A program made the translations under genes and the position numbers. A stretch of DNA of 64,000 nucleotides from Mobula hypostoma (taxonomy: Eukaryota), in contig NC_086108.1 in assembly GCF_963921235.1 (NCBI RefSeq), positions 89,530,001 through 89,594,000 on the forward strand, given 5' to 3'. Shown here piece after piece: positions 25,467 through 38,355 of the stretch. The notes beneath the pieces were generated by a model, which was given only the letters and a program-made list of their open reading frames with translations, was not told the DNA's origin and did not search any database. Each line of letters starts with the position of its first letter. The stretch's first letter is position 1.

Positions 25467-26905
25467 AGACAATTGAATATAGAACATAGAAATCTACAGT
25501 ATATTATAGGCCCTTTGGCCCACAATGATGTGCTGACCATGTAACATACTCTGGAAACTGCCTAGAATTTCCCTACTGCATAGCCCTTTATTTTTCTACA
25601 CTCCATGTACCTGCTAAGAGTCTCTTAAAAGACTCTTAAATTGACCACAGTCTGATAGTGAAACTGAATGCATAAAATGGGAAATAACACTCATAACAAA
25701 TTTGTCCAATTGTTTAAAAACATCTAAATATAACAAATGTTAATAAAATATAATGATTCAGGACTACAAGGAACACCTGGCCAGTCTAGACCCTTTTGCC
25801 CAGGTATTATCTTTTCTATTCTTTAACTATTCAGGAGAGTCAGGGAAACCTAGTGGGTGTGCACACAGGTACTTACTGTATGGATTCATTTGCCTCTTAG
25901 TTTAGACAAGTATTTGTCAGTAAATATAGCTTCTCTGTGCCTAACTGATCATTATTACTAAGAGGTAATCCTTGTAACAATGCTCAGTTTGTTGGGAACC
26001 TTTTGAACATAAACCAATAAATCTAATCTGCTGCCATCCAAAATTATTGGCAATGTTGTACCTTTGCAACTGACTGTGATGGAAATGGTCACTGCTATTT
26101 GTCCAATATGAATACTATAATTACTGTGGTTAAAGCTGAAGTACAAGATGATATATGTTGCTCTGATTTTTTTTGATTGATTGTGAAGGAACTCTACTCT
26201 TTATTAACTTAAAGCCAGTTCCGGTCAAGTGACCTCGCTTGTGTGAAGCCCCTCATTTCCAGTATCATTTGTTGTCAGGATTAGGTGTCAGCATTAATTT
26301 TGTCAAGCAAGCTAAGAACTGAAGCATGTTAAAGAACTCTCACTAACAGCAAGCTGAGAGAGTAAAGCAGCCACTTTTTATCTCAAAAAATTTAGGCGTT
26401 GAAACACAAATGTAAGGAAATGAAATTAGTACTTAAATTAAAGAGAAAACAAAAGCCCTAACATTTATTTTACAATGCGTTTCCTTGTACAATCTGTATA
26501 ACATAACTGTAGTTTCCTAGTGTCAGAGTTTGCTAGATGGTAATTATGTACCATTTATTTAATAGATATTTTCTTGGTATTTTATAAAGGAATTTGATCA
26601 TAAATTTTCAGAGCTTTGTTCAGTCTTTTTCTGGAAATTATATTGGTGATAAACTATAAAGGGAGTCACTAACAATCAGCAATCTCCAAATTTTTGTGCT
26701 TAACTCTGTGTGTATTCCAGAAACCACACCCTGTTTTCAGTGTAATGGAGATGATTGTTGACAGTTTAATTCTGACATCTAGACAAAGTTGGTGAAAGTT
26801 GAATAACAATTACACTAATGCAAAAAGGCTTAACTTAATATAGACACAAGAGATTATCCGGATGCTGGAAATCCAGAGTAACACTCACATACCAGGAGGA
26901 AGGAG

Positions 26906-27190
26906 GATGGCACAGTAGTGCGGTGGTTAATGCAGTGCTTTACAGTACCAGTGACCCGGGTTCAATTCCCAGCACTGCCTGTAAGGAGCTTGCACTTGTT
27001 CCCCGTGACCATGTGGATTTCCTCCAGGTGTTCCGATTTCCTGCCTCAATTCAAAGACGTACAGGTTGATAGCTTTATTGGTTATTGTAAATTGTCCTGT
27101 GATTGGGCTAAGGTTGAATCAGAGGTTACTGGGCAGTGCGGATCATAGGCCCATATTCTGCACTGTATCTTAATTTAAAATAATAAATAA
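26906..27190 (+). mobile_element. V-SINE inserted in a Penelope-like terminal fragment (about 26845-27575)
   Basis: A-box-like TAGTGCGGTGG, B-box GGGTTCAATTCC, V-domain GGATTTCCTCCAGGTG, AATA tail. Confidence 0.8.
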
Positions 27191-28068
27191 TGTGCTGAAG
27201 GAATTCAGCAGGTCTGGCCGCATCAGTGGATTGGTATAAACAGTTGACGTTTCAGGCTGACACCCTTCATGAGGACTGGAAAGAAAAGAGGGGAGAGAAG
27301 CTAGAATAAGAAGGTGGGGGAGGGGAAGGAATATAGAACGTAGAAATTAGAAATTTAGAGCACATTACAGGCCCTTCGGCCCTCAATGTTGTTCCAACCA
27401 TGTAACCTACAAGCTAGAAGGTGATGTCATGTGGTGGGGGGTAGGGAAGTGGGTAGGTCGGGATGTAAAGTGAGAAACTGGGAGGTGATAGGTAGAAAAA
27501 ATAAAGGACTGAAGAAGGAATCTAATAGGAGAGTAGACTGGAAGAAAAGGAGGAGGAGGGAAACCACCAAGAGGTGAAACTTGAATCCAGTTTAAAAAAA
27601 GAACGCGTGAATAAAGGCTCAGTGCAAGATAATGGAATACAAGGCTTGTGTTGTTCACAAAGGAAGGTGCTTAATCTTGTTTTGTTCTCAGTTTACCCCA
27701 GTGTTTCATCCATGCAGAAAAGTATTGATTAAACAGAGGAGGAAATTAAAAATGGATCTTGATGAAACAATAAAATCAGAGGTCATAATAGAAGGGTTGT
27801 GAACAAAGGAAAATTGTACAGATTCAGTTGTGCCCCGGAGATATAGACTGGAAGTACTGGCTAATATAAAATGATGTAGTGAGTTAATTTCTCCTAGAGT
27901 TTTAAACAGACAAAACTCAATGAAGCAAGTCTGAATTTATGCCAGTTATTCACATGTCCGTTAGGAATCTGTAGAAGCCGTTATTACAATATTAGATTCT
28001 TTTTCTTTTGTCTCCCACTCCCTAAACGTTTCGCTGTAGTCCATCTTTCTTGCATTTCATTTCTCCAG

Positions 28069-28108
28069 GCACCCTCTGTAAATCACCGCATTATTATTGC
28101 TACTTCAG
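28069..28108 (+). CDS. Candidate host-gene exon (APSVNHRIIIATS)
   Basis: Strong polypyrimidine tract and CAG acceptor; CAG|GTGTGC donor; unique DNA. Confidence 0.25.
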
Positions 28109-30054
28109 GTGTGCTTTTCGTGGCTCTGGCAAACATCAGGTTAACTGATTTATAATAATAAGAGATGATAGAGTCATAGAGGATGATTTGTAATCTAAGA
28201 TGCTAGTTCAAAAGTTTATTTATTATCAAAGTATGTATGCAATATACAAGTCTGACATTCTTCTTCTCCAGATAACCATGAAACAAAGAAAGTCAGTTCA
28301 AAGAGAAACAGCTAACCCTCACACCGCCACCCCCGCACAAAGAGAAATGGCATCTCAGAGTACTGCAATCTTAGTGCTTGGTGATGGACAGCTCACTAAA
28401 TAGGCTGATTATCCAAAGAACTGAGCTGCAGTTCCTGATATTTTATAGCAGTTACATTTAAATTTAGTAATAGTTTTTCAATCAGGATTCAATAAATTAT
28501 CAGCAACAGTAAAACTACTGGATTTTCACAACTGATTTTTTCAGAACGATAATAGCGCTAGGGAACTGAAAAGGTAAAAAGGCCCTGGTGGGAGATGTAC
28601 ATAGACCCCTTAACAATAGTAAAGATGTGGTCTACAAATTACAATGGGAAAATAGAAAATGCATGCCAAAAAAGGCAATTTACAATAATCATGTGGGACT
28701 TCAATATGCAGGTAGATTGGTAAAATTGGTGTGGTGCTGGATACCAGGAGGGGGAGTTTCAAGAGTGCCTACTACATCGCTTTTGAAAGCAGCTTGTGGT
28801 TGAGCCCACTAAGGGTTTGGCTATTCTGGATTGGATGTTGTGCAATGAACCAGAATTTATTAGAGAGCTGATAAATTTCCTCCTTACTCCAGCACTAACC
28901 ATGTTGCAGTACAGTTACATACTGGCACAGCATCAAAAATGAAAAAAATATGCCTATACATACAATGCTGAACAAATCCATTCCAGCCATTATAATTCCC
29001 CTCAAAGGTACTGACTGGAAAGTATTGGGCCAGACACACGAGCACCAAGGCTACAGGAACAGGCTAAAAAGCATAGTGTTTCCATTTGAAGTGATCAGCC
29101 TCCCAATTCCTCCAATTTTTTTCACCACTTATACAGGAAAGTTTTGGTGTCGATGTAATCTTTTCCACTTCTCTGAATGAGAGAAGTGTTGCTAACATAT
29201 AATAAGCCTGTTGCTTTTATTTCCTTAATTTCAAAAATAAACTCTTCAAAAAATATAAAAGAATTATGATTTATTAAGTTATTTTCATTATATTAAATAA
29301 TAAAAGAATAAGCAGTGCAAAAAGCCTTTTGTATTCAGTGTCATATGGTTTAAACATTAAGTAGTATAAGGCTTTAAACTATAGAACTATCTGAAACGCT
29401 ATATAGCAACACATTTGATCTGCCACATTAAAATCCATCCTGTCTACTAATTGGCAGTCCGGATACCTCAGCAGAGACTCAAACTAAAGATGACTTCTAC
29501 CAACCTGGAAGACAAGAATGGCACGTTTGGCAGTTGCAGGTTCGCCTAGAAGACAAACTCAAACCGGGCCCATAAGTATATATTGAGTAGCACTGCATCA
29601 GTACCCGTCAGTACAGTGATAAAACTTTGCCCCCAAAGCCCGCTACGACTCAAGAAGAACTTTGATCATAACCTTCACAAGGACAATTAAGGACAAGTGA
29701 TAAACTTTGCCCATGATAGCAATGTACACATCTGTAAATTTAACGATAAAAGAAATCCAGAGTCTTGCAAATAAGCCAAGCCTGACGCTCGGTAGAACGT
29801 TTAATGCATTTTTATTGTCTTCATATGCCAAACTGAGATGGTAATATTAACAACCTGCTACGTACTATTTGGCTTCATAAGTATACTGTTATACAGCAAC
29901 TATGAATACATTCAACACTAGGATCCCAAATGCCGTTCTGTGAATTTGTTCATTGGTAATTTTTTTTGAATGATATTGGCAGAAGACCAATCAAGTTAAC
30001 CAATGCATACCAATGTTTCTGTTGCACGTAAGCTCTTCCCATCTTAACACCATT

Positions 30055-30770
30055 AGACATTGGATCAGAATTAAGCCATTTGGCCATCATATCTGCACTG
30101 CCATTCCATCACAGTTGATTTATTATCGATCTCACCCCCATTCCCCTGCCTTCTCCTTGTAACCTTTGGTGCCCTGACTAATCAAGAACCTATCAACCTC
30201 TGCTTTAAATATACTCAATGACTTGGCTTCCACAGCCAGCTGTAGCAATGAATTTCACAGAATCACAGCCCTCTGGCTAAAGAAATTCCTCATCTCTATT
30301 CCAAAAGAGGGAAATCTTTGATTCTGAGGCTGTGTCCTCTGGTCCTAGACTCCCTTACTATTGGGAAATTCATCCCATTTTTTCCACTCTATCTAGGCAT
30401 TTCAACATTCTCTTGGTTTCAATGAGTTCCTCCCTCATTCTTCTAAACTTCAGTGAGTACAGGCCCAGAGCTATTAAACACTACTCATACATTAATTCTT
30501 TCAGCCTCGGGGTCATTCTTGTAAACCACCTCTTCAGTGTCACAGCAACCTTTCTCTGATAGGGGGATTAAAGACATGTTTAGATAGGCACATGAATGTG
30601 AGGGAAATGGAGGGATATGGACATTGTATAGGCATAAGGGATTAGTTTAGTTGGAAATTTGATTACTCATTTATTTGGTTAGGCACAACATTGTGGGCAG
30701 AAAGGTCTGTTCTTGAACGGTATTGCTCTGTGTTCTAAAACTGCTCGCAATACTCCAGTTATGGTCTGAC
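30055..30770 (-). mobile_element. CR1-A 3' fragment with a small CR1 tail inserted
   Basis: Similar to 13488-13860 and 21070-22020. Confidence 0.7.
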
Positions 30771-30789
30771 CGTATAAATAAATATATAT

Positions 30790-31590
30790 TTAAAATGTGA
30801 GTTAGTGTTCATGGGTTCAATGTCCATTCAGGAATTGGATGGCAGTGTGGAAGAAGCTGCTCCTGAATCACTGAGTGTGTGCCTTCAGGCTTCTTAATCT
30901 CCTTCCTGTTAGTAACAGTGAGAAGAGGGCATGCCCAGGGTGATGGGACTCCTTAATAATGGACGTCACCTTTCTGAGGCACTGCTCCCTGAAAGTGTCT
31001 TGGGTACAATGGAGGCTAGTACGCAAGATGAAACCGACTAATTTTATGACTTCCCATAGCTTCCTTTGGTCCTGTGCGGTAGCCTCCCCACCCCCACCCC
31101 ATACCAGACAGTGATGCAATCTGTCAGAATACTCTCCATGGTACATCTATAAAAGTCTTTGAGTTTTTAGCTAACAAACCAAATCTCTTCAAACTCCTAA
31201 TGAAATATAGCCACTGTCTTGCCTTCTTTATAGCTGCATCAATATGTTGGGACCAGGTTAGGTCCTCGGAGATACTGACACCCAGAACCTTGAAGTTGCT
31301 CATTCTCTCCACTTCCGATCCCTCTATGAGGATTAATTCATGTTCCCTCATCTTACCTTCCTGAAGCTCTTTTGTCCTACTGACATTGAGTGCAAGGTTG
31401 TTGAAGTAACACCAATCAACTAGCTGGTATATCTTACTCCTATATGCCCCCTCATCTCCATCTGAGATTCTACCAAAAATAGTTGTATAATCAGCAAATT
31501 TATAGATAGTATTTGAGCTATACCTAGCCATAGCCATACAGTCATGTGTATAGAGAGAGTAGAGCAGTGGGCTAAGCACACACCTCTGAG
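30790..31590 (-). mobile_element. Rex1/Babar LINE RT fragment
   Basis: LSPLLYSLYTHDC..KFADYTT..NNLALNVSRTKEL; HPGHALFSLL.GRR.RSLK. Confidence 0.85.
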
Positions 31591-31949
31591 ATATGCAAGT
31601 GTTGCATGTTCACCACTCTTTGCTTCCTGCAAGTCAACCAACCTTCAGTCCATACTAGTATATTTTCTGTAATACCATGGGCTCTTATCTTAATTGGCAG
31701 CCTTGTATCTTCAGCAAATTAACTCTTTATCCTCTTTCCCCCTCATTCTTAACTAATTCCCCTTCAATACGTCTGGACATCCTGCTTCAATTAAGCCCTG
31801 GTAAAACCCCACACTTTAATTTCTCTCAGGTGAACAGTTTTCTTCTAAACTTCCAACTTGATTTTTAGCTGATTGTCCTGTAATAAAGCACTCAAAGTTT
31901 TAGCATCCTCCTTGTGTCCACTCGAGCAAAATCTTTCATTATTTTATAA

Positions 31950-32142
31950 GCATTATAAGCTGCCTTCCTTCACCAAAGCGTCCATCTCTGGTACTCCTCC
32001 TCCCAACCTCAGTTTCTTATTCTGGCTTCCACCCACTTCCTTTCCAATTCCGATGCAGGGACTCAGTCTGAAACATTGACTGTTTATTCCCCTCCATGGA
32101 AGCTGTCTGACCTGCTGAGTTCCTCCTGCATTTTGTGTGTGC
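31950..32142 (+). mobile_element. Old Penelope-like terminal repeat with decayed hammerhead
   Basis: CCGATGCAGGGACTCAGTCTGAAACATTGACTG..GACCTGCTGAGTTCC. Confidence 0.55.
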
Positions 32143-32589
32143 ATCACTAGTATTTTTTTTTAATGCTCTCTCCAATAACTCTACATGCTTACATTATTTT
32201 TGTAATATCGCATTAAAAACCAGTGGTGGCCTACTAAGTTTCTGGAAAAGTAGCATAATTTCTCCACATTCCTCTGAAAATGAACACAACTGTCTTGTTT
32301 GCCTTGACAATGGCCCTGTTGGACTCTGAGACAATCTTTGCGATGTATTTGTTTGTAATTCTAAATAATTCAATTGCCCTCCTCACCCATCTATTTAGGT
32401 ACCTACCTTATAATATGTGGCCTACTCGATAATTTGTACCAAAGAGTAAAGTTCACAGTTGCACTAGTTTCCCAGTTACTTCCCAGGAACTTATGTAATT
32501 TATATATTTTTGCAAAGCATTTCCATCCCCTTGAGTAAGGATTATTCAACCCCTTCAATTCAGACATTTAGAATCTACAGTCTGTAGAG

Positions 32590-32672
32590 CAGGGGGTCCC
32601 AACCCTTTTTTTAATGCCATGGAGACTTACCATTAACCAAGAGGTCCATGTTTCCTAGGTTGGGAACCCCTG
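32590..32672. mobile_element. Tiny hAT/Charlie-like MITE
   Basis: TIRs CAGGGGGTCCCAACC / GGTTGGGAACCCCTG; TSD not clear. Confidence 0.6.
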
Positions 32673-32840
32673 CACGGAGGGCTGAGCAGCGTCTGTGGTG
32701 GTGTGGGATGGAATTGTCAATATTTTGGGTCAAAAGCCTCCATCTTCATTTACTCCTATTGCAGGGTCCCAAATGGAAGTATCTACCATTTCATTCGTCC
32801 CCTACACCTCCACCCCAAAGCTGCTCAGCCTACTGTGTTG

Positions 32841-34517
32841 ATTATGGGGAGCAAGGACACGGCAGACCAATTGAATAATTACTTTGGTTCTGTCTTCACT
32901 AAGGAGGACATAAATAATCTTCCAGAAATAGTAGGGGACAGAGGGTCCAGTGAGATGGAGGAACTGAGCGAAATACACGTTAGTAGGGAAGTGGTGTTGG
33001 GTAAATTGAAGGGATTAAAAGCAGATAAATCCCCAGGGCCAGATGGTCTGCATCCCAGAGTGCTTAAGGAAGTAGCCCAAGAAATAGTGGATGCATTAGT
33101 GATAATTTTTCAAAGCTCGTTAGATTCTGGATTAGTTCCTGAGGATTGGAGGGTGGCTAATGTAACCCCACTTTTTAAAAAAGGAGGGAGAGAGAAACTG
33201 GGGAACTATAGACCGGTTAGCCTAACGTCGGTGGTGGGGAAACTGCTTGAGTCAGTTAGCAAAGATGTGATAACAGCACATTTGGAAAGCGGTGAAATCA
33301 TCGGACAAAGTCAGTATGGATTTGTGAAAGGAAAATCATGTCTGACGAATCTCATAGAATTTTTTGAGGATGTAACTAGTAGAGTGGATAGGGGAGAACC
33401 AGTGGATGTGGTATATTTGGATTTTCAAAAGGCTTTTGACGAGGTCCTACACAGGAGATTAGTGTGCAAACTTAAAGCACACGGTATTGGGGGTAAGGTA
33501 TTGATGTGGATAGAGAATTGGTTAGCAGACAGGAAGCAAAGAGTGGGAATAAACGGGACCTTTTCAGAATGGCAGGCAGTGACTAGTGGGGTACCGCAAG
33601 GCTCAGTGCTGGGACCCCAGTTGTTTACAATATATATTAATGACTTGGATGAGGGAATTAAATGCAGCATCTCCAAGTTTGCGGATGACATGAAGCTGGG
33701 CGGCAGTGTTAGCTGTGAGGAGGATGCTAAGAGGATGCAGGGTGACTTGGATAGGTTGGGTGAGTGGGCAAACTCATGGCAGATGCAATTTAATGTGGAT
33801 AAATGTGAAGTTATCCACTTTGGTGGCAAAAATAGGAAAACAGATTATTATCTAAATGGTGGCCGATTAGGAAAAGGGGAGGTGCAACGAGACCTGGGTG
33901 TCATTATACACCAGTCATTGAAAGTGGGCATGCAGGTACAGCAGGCGGTGAAAACGGCGAATGGTATGCTGACATTTATAGTGAGAGGATTCGAGTACAG
34001 GAGCAGGGAGGTACTACTGCAGTTGTACAAGGCCTTGGTGAGACCACACCTGGAGTATTGTGTGCAGTTTTGGGCCCCTAATCTGAGGAAAGACATCCTT
34101 GCTATAGAGGGAGTACAAAGAAGGTTCACCAGATTGATTCCTGGGATGGCAGGACTTTCATATGAAGAAAGACTGGATGAACTGGGCTTGTACTGGTTGG
34201 AATTTAGAAGATTGAGGGGGGATCTGATTGAAACGTATAAAATCCTAAAGGGATTGGACAGGCTAGATGCAGGAAGATTGTTCCCGATGTTGGGGAAGTC
34301 CAGAACGAGGGGTCTCAGTTTGAGGATAAAGGGGAAGCCTTTTAGGACCGAGATTAGGAAAAACTTCTTCACACAGAGAGTGGTGAATCTGTGGAATTCT
34401 CTGCCACAGGAATCAGTTGAGGCCAGTTCATTGGCTATATTTAAGAGGGAGTTAGATATGGCCCTTGTGGCTATGGGGATCAGGGGGTATGGAGGGAAGG
34501 CTCGTGCAGGGTTCTGA
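32841..34517 (+). CDS. CR1 ORF2 reverse transcriptase, open frame, endonuclease domain missing
   Basis: [52 protein letters not shown]; the track's first ~46 aa come from flanking DNA. Confidence 0.85.
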   Translation: MMGSKDTADQLNNYFGSVFTKEDINNLPEIVGDRGSSEMEELSEIHVSREVVLGKLKGLKADKSPGPDGLHPRVLKEVAQEIVDALVIIFQSSLDSGLVPEDWRVANVTPLFKKGGREKLGNYRPVSLTSVVGKLLESVSKDVITAHLESGEIIGQSQYGFVKGKSCLTNLIEFFEDVTSRVDRGEPVDVVYLDFQKAFDEVLHRRLVCKLKAHGIGGKVLMWIENWLADRKQRVGINGTFSEWQAVTSGVPQGSVLGPQLFTIYINDLDEGIKCSISKFADDMKLGGSVSCEEDAKRMQGDLDRLGEWANSWQMQFNVDKCEVIHFGGKNRKTDYYLNGGRLGKGEVQRDLGVIIHQSLKVGMQVQQAVKTANGMLTFIVRGFEYRSREVLLQLYKALVRPHLEYCVQFWAPNLRKDILAIEGVQRRFTRLIPGMAGLSYEERLDELGLYWLEFRRLRGDLIETYKILKGLDRLDAGRLFPMLGKSRTRGLSLRIKGKPFRTEIRKNFFTQRVVNLWNSLPQESVEASSLAIFKRELDMALVAMGIRGYGGKARAGF

Positions 34518-34620
34518 GTTGGATGATCAGCCATGATCATAATAAATGGCGGTGCAGGCTCGAAGGGCCGAATGGCCTACTCCTGCACCTATTTTCTATG
34601 TTTCTTTGTTTCTATGTTTC
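32841..34620 (+). mobile_element. Young CR1 LINE (family C), 5'-truncated
   Basis: Uninterrupted ORF2 part plus 3'UTR and (TTTCTATG)n tail. Confidence 0.95.
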
Positions 34621-34793
34621 TGGTTGTGTGCTGCTCCAGCTTCCAGAATCTGCAGCCTCTTGAGTCTACAACCACACAAAGATGGGTTTTGATTCCTAAA
34701 TCTAAATTAAGGAACTCTGACCCCAGTGTATCTTTGTGGGACACACTTCCTCTGTTCTGGGTGGAGGTTAAGAGATTTTTACACATTAAATAT

Positions 34794-35622
34794 AGAAACA
34801 TAGAAAATAGGTGCAGGAGTAGGCCATTTGGCCCTTCGAGCCTGCACCATCATTCAGTATGATCATGGCTGATCATCCAACTCAGAATCCTGTACCATCC
34901 TCCCCTACATACCCCCTGATCCCTTTAGCCACAAGGGCCATATCTAACTCCCTCTTAAATATAGCCAATGAACTGGCCTCAACTGTTTCCTGTTTCAGAG
35001 AATTCCACAGATTCACCACTCTCTGTGTGAAGAAGTTTTTCCTAATCTCGGTCCTAAAAGGCTTCCCCTTTATCCTCAAACTGTGACCCCTCGTTCTGGA
35101 CTTTCCCAACATCGGGAACAATCTTCCTGCATCTAGCCTGTCCAATCCCTTTAGGATTTTATATGTTTCAATCAGATCCCCCCTCAATCTTCTAAATTCC
35201 AATGAGTATAAGCCTAGTTCATCCAGTCTTTCATCATATGAAAGTCCTGCCATCCCAGGAATCTATCTGGTGAACCTTCTTTGTACTCCCTCTATGGCAA
35301 GGATGTCTTTCCTCAAATTTGGGGACCAAAACTGCACACAATACTCCAGGTGTGGTCTCACCAAGGCCTTGTACAACTGCAGTAGTACCTCCCTGCTCCT
35401 GTACTCGAATCCTCTTGCTATCAATGCCAGCATACCATTCGCCTTTTTCACCGCCTGCTGTACCTGCATGCCACTTTCAATGACTGGTGTATAATGACAC
35501 CCAGGTCTCGTTGCACCTCCCCCTTTCCTAATCGGCCACCATTCAAATAATAATCTGTTTTCCTGTTTTTGCCACCAAAGTGGATAACTTCACATTTATC
35601 CACATTAAATTGTATCTGCCAT
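34794..35622 (-). mobile_element. Second CR1-C copy, shorter and inverted
   Basis: Near-identical reverse complement of about 33780-34610; premature TAG near 35263 and a 1-nt deletion near 35471. Confidence 0.95.
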
Positions 35623-35717
35623 TAAGGGAGATGGTGTTGGTGCAAAGAGATGATATTGGATACTAGAGTCAGCTGGACTGCTCCTGCTTGCATTTCTTAT
35701 GTGTATCAGTCCTTCAG

Positions 35718-35779
35718 CTGTTCTGGATAGCTACCCAAATTCTCCGTCTTCTGTCACACAGCCAGCTTTACTTACAGCC
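35718..35779 (+). CDS. Candidate host-gene exon (VLDSYPNSPSSVTQPALLTA)
   Basis: CCTTCAG acceptor, GCC|GTGAGC donor, phase 1 to 0. Confidence 0.25.
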
Positions 35780-37739
35780 GTGAGCAATGCATTTTGGCAC
35801 AGTGAGCGCATAGAGGGAGATTTGCAGTTTCTGTGGGACTTGTGACAAGCCAACTGTACACATACATGAGATGAGTACACACAGCTTAATAGCAAAACTA
35901 TGTTGTCCAGTCATCCAACAGTTATATGTTCTGAGTTTAAAAATGAAATAAATTATCCAAATGGATCACCGCTGCATCATCAGTGCTGATGTGAATAGTC
36001 TTGTTTTCATTGTGCAATAAGCTCTTTGATCCTTGGATTTTCCCTTTGTGTATTTCATGCTTCATTAACTCTGCTCATAAAAGGCTTGTATTTAAACTGC
36101 GTTTTCTACCCGAAGCTGCTGTTCCTTTTCAAACTGTGATTTCTCCTTTTGATAATGCCAAATAAGAATTAGATTTTTGGAAATGTGTACCAGGGACGCA
36201 GGGATGCAAAAATAATACATGGTGGGGGGTGGGTGGCGGGGGGGGGGGAGAGGGGGAGAGATGGAGAGATTAGGGAATATAGCTAATTGGGTATTTCTTT
36301 GAAACGCTGGCACAGGCATGATGGCCTGAGTGGCCTCTCTGTGTTGAATGACTCTGCAGGGTGCTATTAGTTTCTGTGAATATCTTGTTTGTGCAGGGAA
36401 GTGGCAAGAATCATTCAAGCATTACACATGAAGGCCATTATAAGCAGGGACATTAGATATGATGGAATAATTATCTATTATCTTATTTTACTATCCACTA
36501 ATTTTATAAATTTTTTTTTGCTGCTGGCTCTGGTTCCAGCTCTGAATTTGGATATTGGTGACCACTTCATTATCTAGGATGCTTTCACCTTTTTATTTTA
36601 TCATACACTTAAAAGCATTCTGAAATAGAAATATTTCAGTGAGAAGATATAATATATTATCATTTCCATCAAGTGATGTAGAAATTAATAACTTATGGTA
36701 TGAACTTGGGAATAAAATTAAAACCAGTTCTGATTTCTGAACAATATTTAATTAACTTGGGTAATTCAAACTGGCTGTGACATGATGCTGTTTGCAAATC
36801 CACACTCTACAAATTTCACTTAGAACCATAGAACACAACAGCACAGAAAATGGGCCATTCGGCCCTTCTAGTCTGTGCCTAAACATTATTCTGCTAGTCA
36901 CTTCTCAAATTAGAATTTCTGGTATTTAAAATGTATTTCAAAAACTGGATTTTTTTTTGTATTTATGTATATTTTAAAAATTGTAAATCTTTGATCAGAG
37001 TTTTTAATTAATGCCATATAGAAATAAAAGGAGTTTTATCAATGGAGCTTAGTGTCTTCCTATGTTTCTGTTGGAAATAAGGAAGATCACTCAGTATAAT
37101 GATTGCACATCAGCTTTTGCCACTGGAACTCTCATTTCTTCCTCTCATTTTGACAAATTAACCTTTTTGCCCCTTCTACCTCATGTTCTTAACAAGCCTC
37201 CCCAATAACGCATCTGGACTATTTACTTAAAGTAATCCCTTATCTGCCATTTAACAACACAGTGCGTAAAAGCTGCAGCCATGTCACATGGAAGCGGGAG
37301 AGAGTGAATGTTTCAGCTGGGGGTTTTGGCACCAGTCCAGCTGGTTGCTTTGCCTGGATAATGCTAAGTTCCTGGTGTATTGTTAGAGCTTTACTTATTT
37401 AGTGGAAAACATTGCATTAAATTCGAGGTGTGTAGGTAGTGGAAAGTTTTTGGATGGTCAGGAAGTGTGCTACTCCACAGAGGGTTACCCAGTCTCTACC
37501 CTCTATTGTAGCAAAGATATTCTTTGTGACTGGACCAGTTACGTTTCTATTTTAATACTCTGGATGTTGACGATACTGGAAGTGTTCAAACTACTCATCA
37601 GCTTAGGAAACATCTGTGGGAGCCAGGGGGATGAGATGGTAGAGTTAATGTTTGGGGTCAATTGTCTTTCTTCTCATACATAAATTATTGGCTTCTTATC
37701 TTGTGACTTTATCAGCCAGTGTTTATTCTTTCTTAAAAG

Positions 37740-37787
37740 AGAAAATGGCCTCTGAGCATCTCCCATAACAACCACTCTCAGAATTTG
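37740..37787 (+). CDS. Candidate host-gene exon (RKWPLSISHNNHSQNL)
   Basis: TTCTTTCTTAAAAG acceptor, TTG|GTATGT donor; 48 nt, only the phase-0 frame is open. Confidence 0.35.
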
Positions 37788-37914
37788 GTATGTCTCAATG
37801 ATGTGCCTAACTGTTTTTCAAAACTTTCATCAGTAGACAAACTGAATATTGTAGGAATCAATCTAGAAAACTGACAAATCTACAAATTATGTTTTCAGTA
37901 TTATTTATTTGTTT

Positions 37915-38355
37915 TACTTGTATGAAGAGCGTTTGATGGCTCTGGGCATGTATTCACTGAAATTCAGAAGAATGAGGGGTGACCTCATTGAAACCTATCG
38001 AATGGTGAAAGGCCTTGATAGAGTGGATGTGGAGAAGATGCTTCCTATGGTGGGAGAGTCTAAGATCAGGGGACGCAGCCTCAGAATAGAGGGGTGTCCT
38101 CTTTGAACTGAGATGAGGATTTTTTTTTAGCCAGAAAGCGGTGAATCTGTGGAATTCTTTGCCACAGGCAGCTGTGAAGGTCAAGTCTTTATGTATATTT
38201 AAGGCAGAGTTTGATAGATTCTTGATTGGTCATGGCATGAAGGCATATGGGGAGAAGGCAGGAGATTGGACCTGAAAGGAAAATCAGATCAGCCATGATG
38301 AAATTGCGAAGAAGACCCGATGGCCTTATTCTGTTCCTATATCTTATGGTCTTTT
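37915..38355 (+). mobile_element. CR1-A 3' fragment
   Basis: YEERLMALGMYSLKFRRMRGDLIETY; TCTTATGG tail. Confidence 0.85.

Noticed and set aside
32703..32840. N-terminal extension of the 604-aa ORF as a host-RT fusion or domesticated gene
   Set aside because: It starts at a non-ATG codon in flanking DNA; chance read-through into a 5'-truncated young LINE is the simpler explanation
35776..35853. Minus-strand 78-nt exon candidate (CAG..GTAAGT)
   Set aside because: Weak polypyrimidine tract, no partner minus-strand exons found, and it overlaps the + strand candidate; not fully excluded
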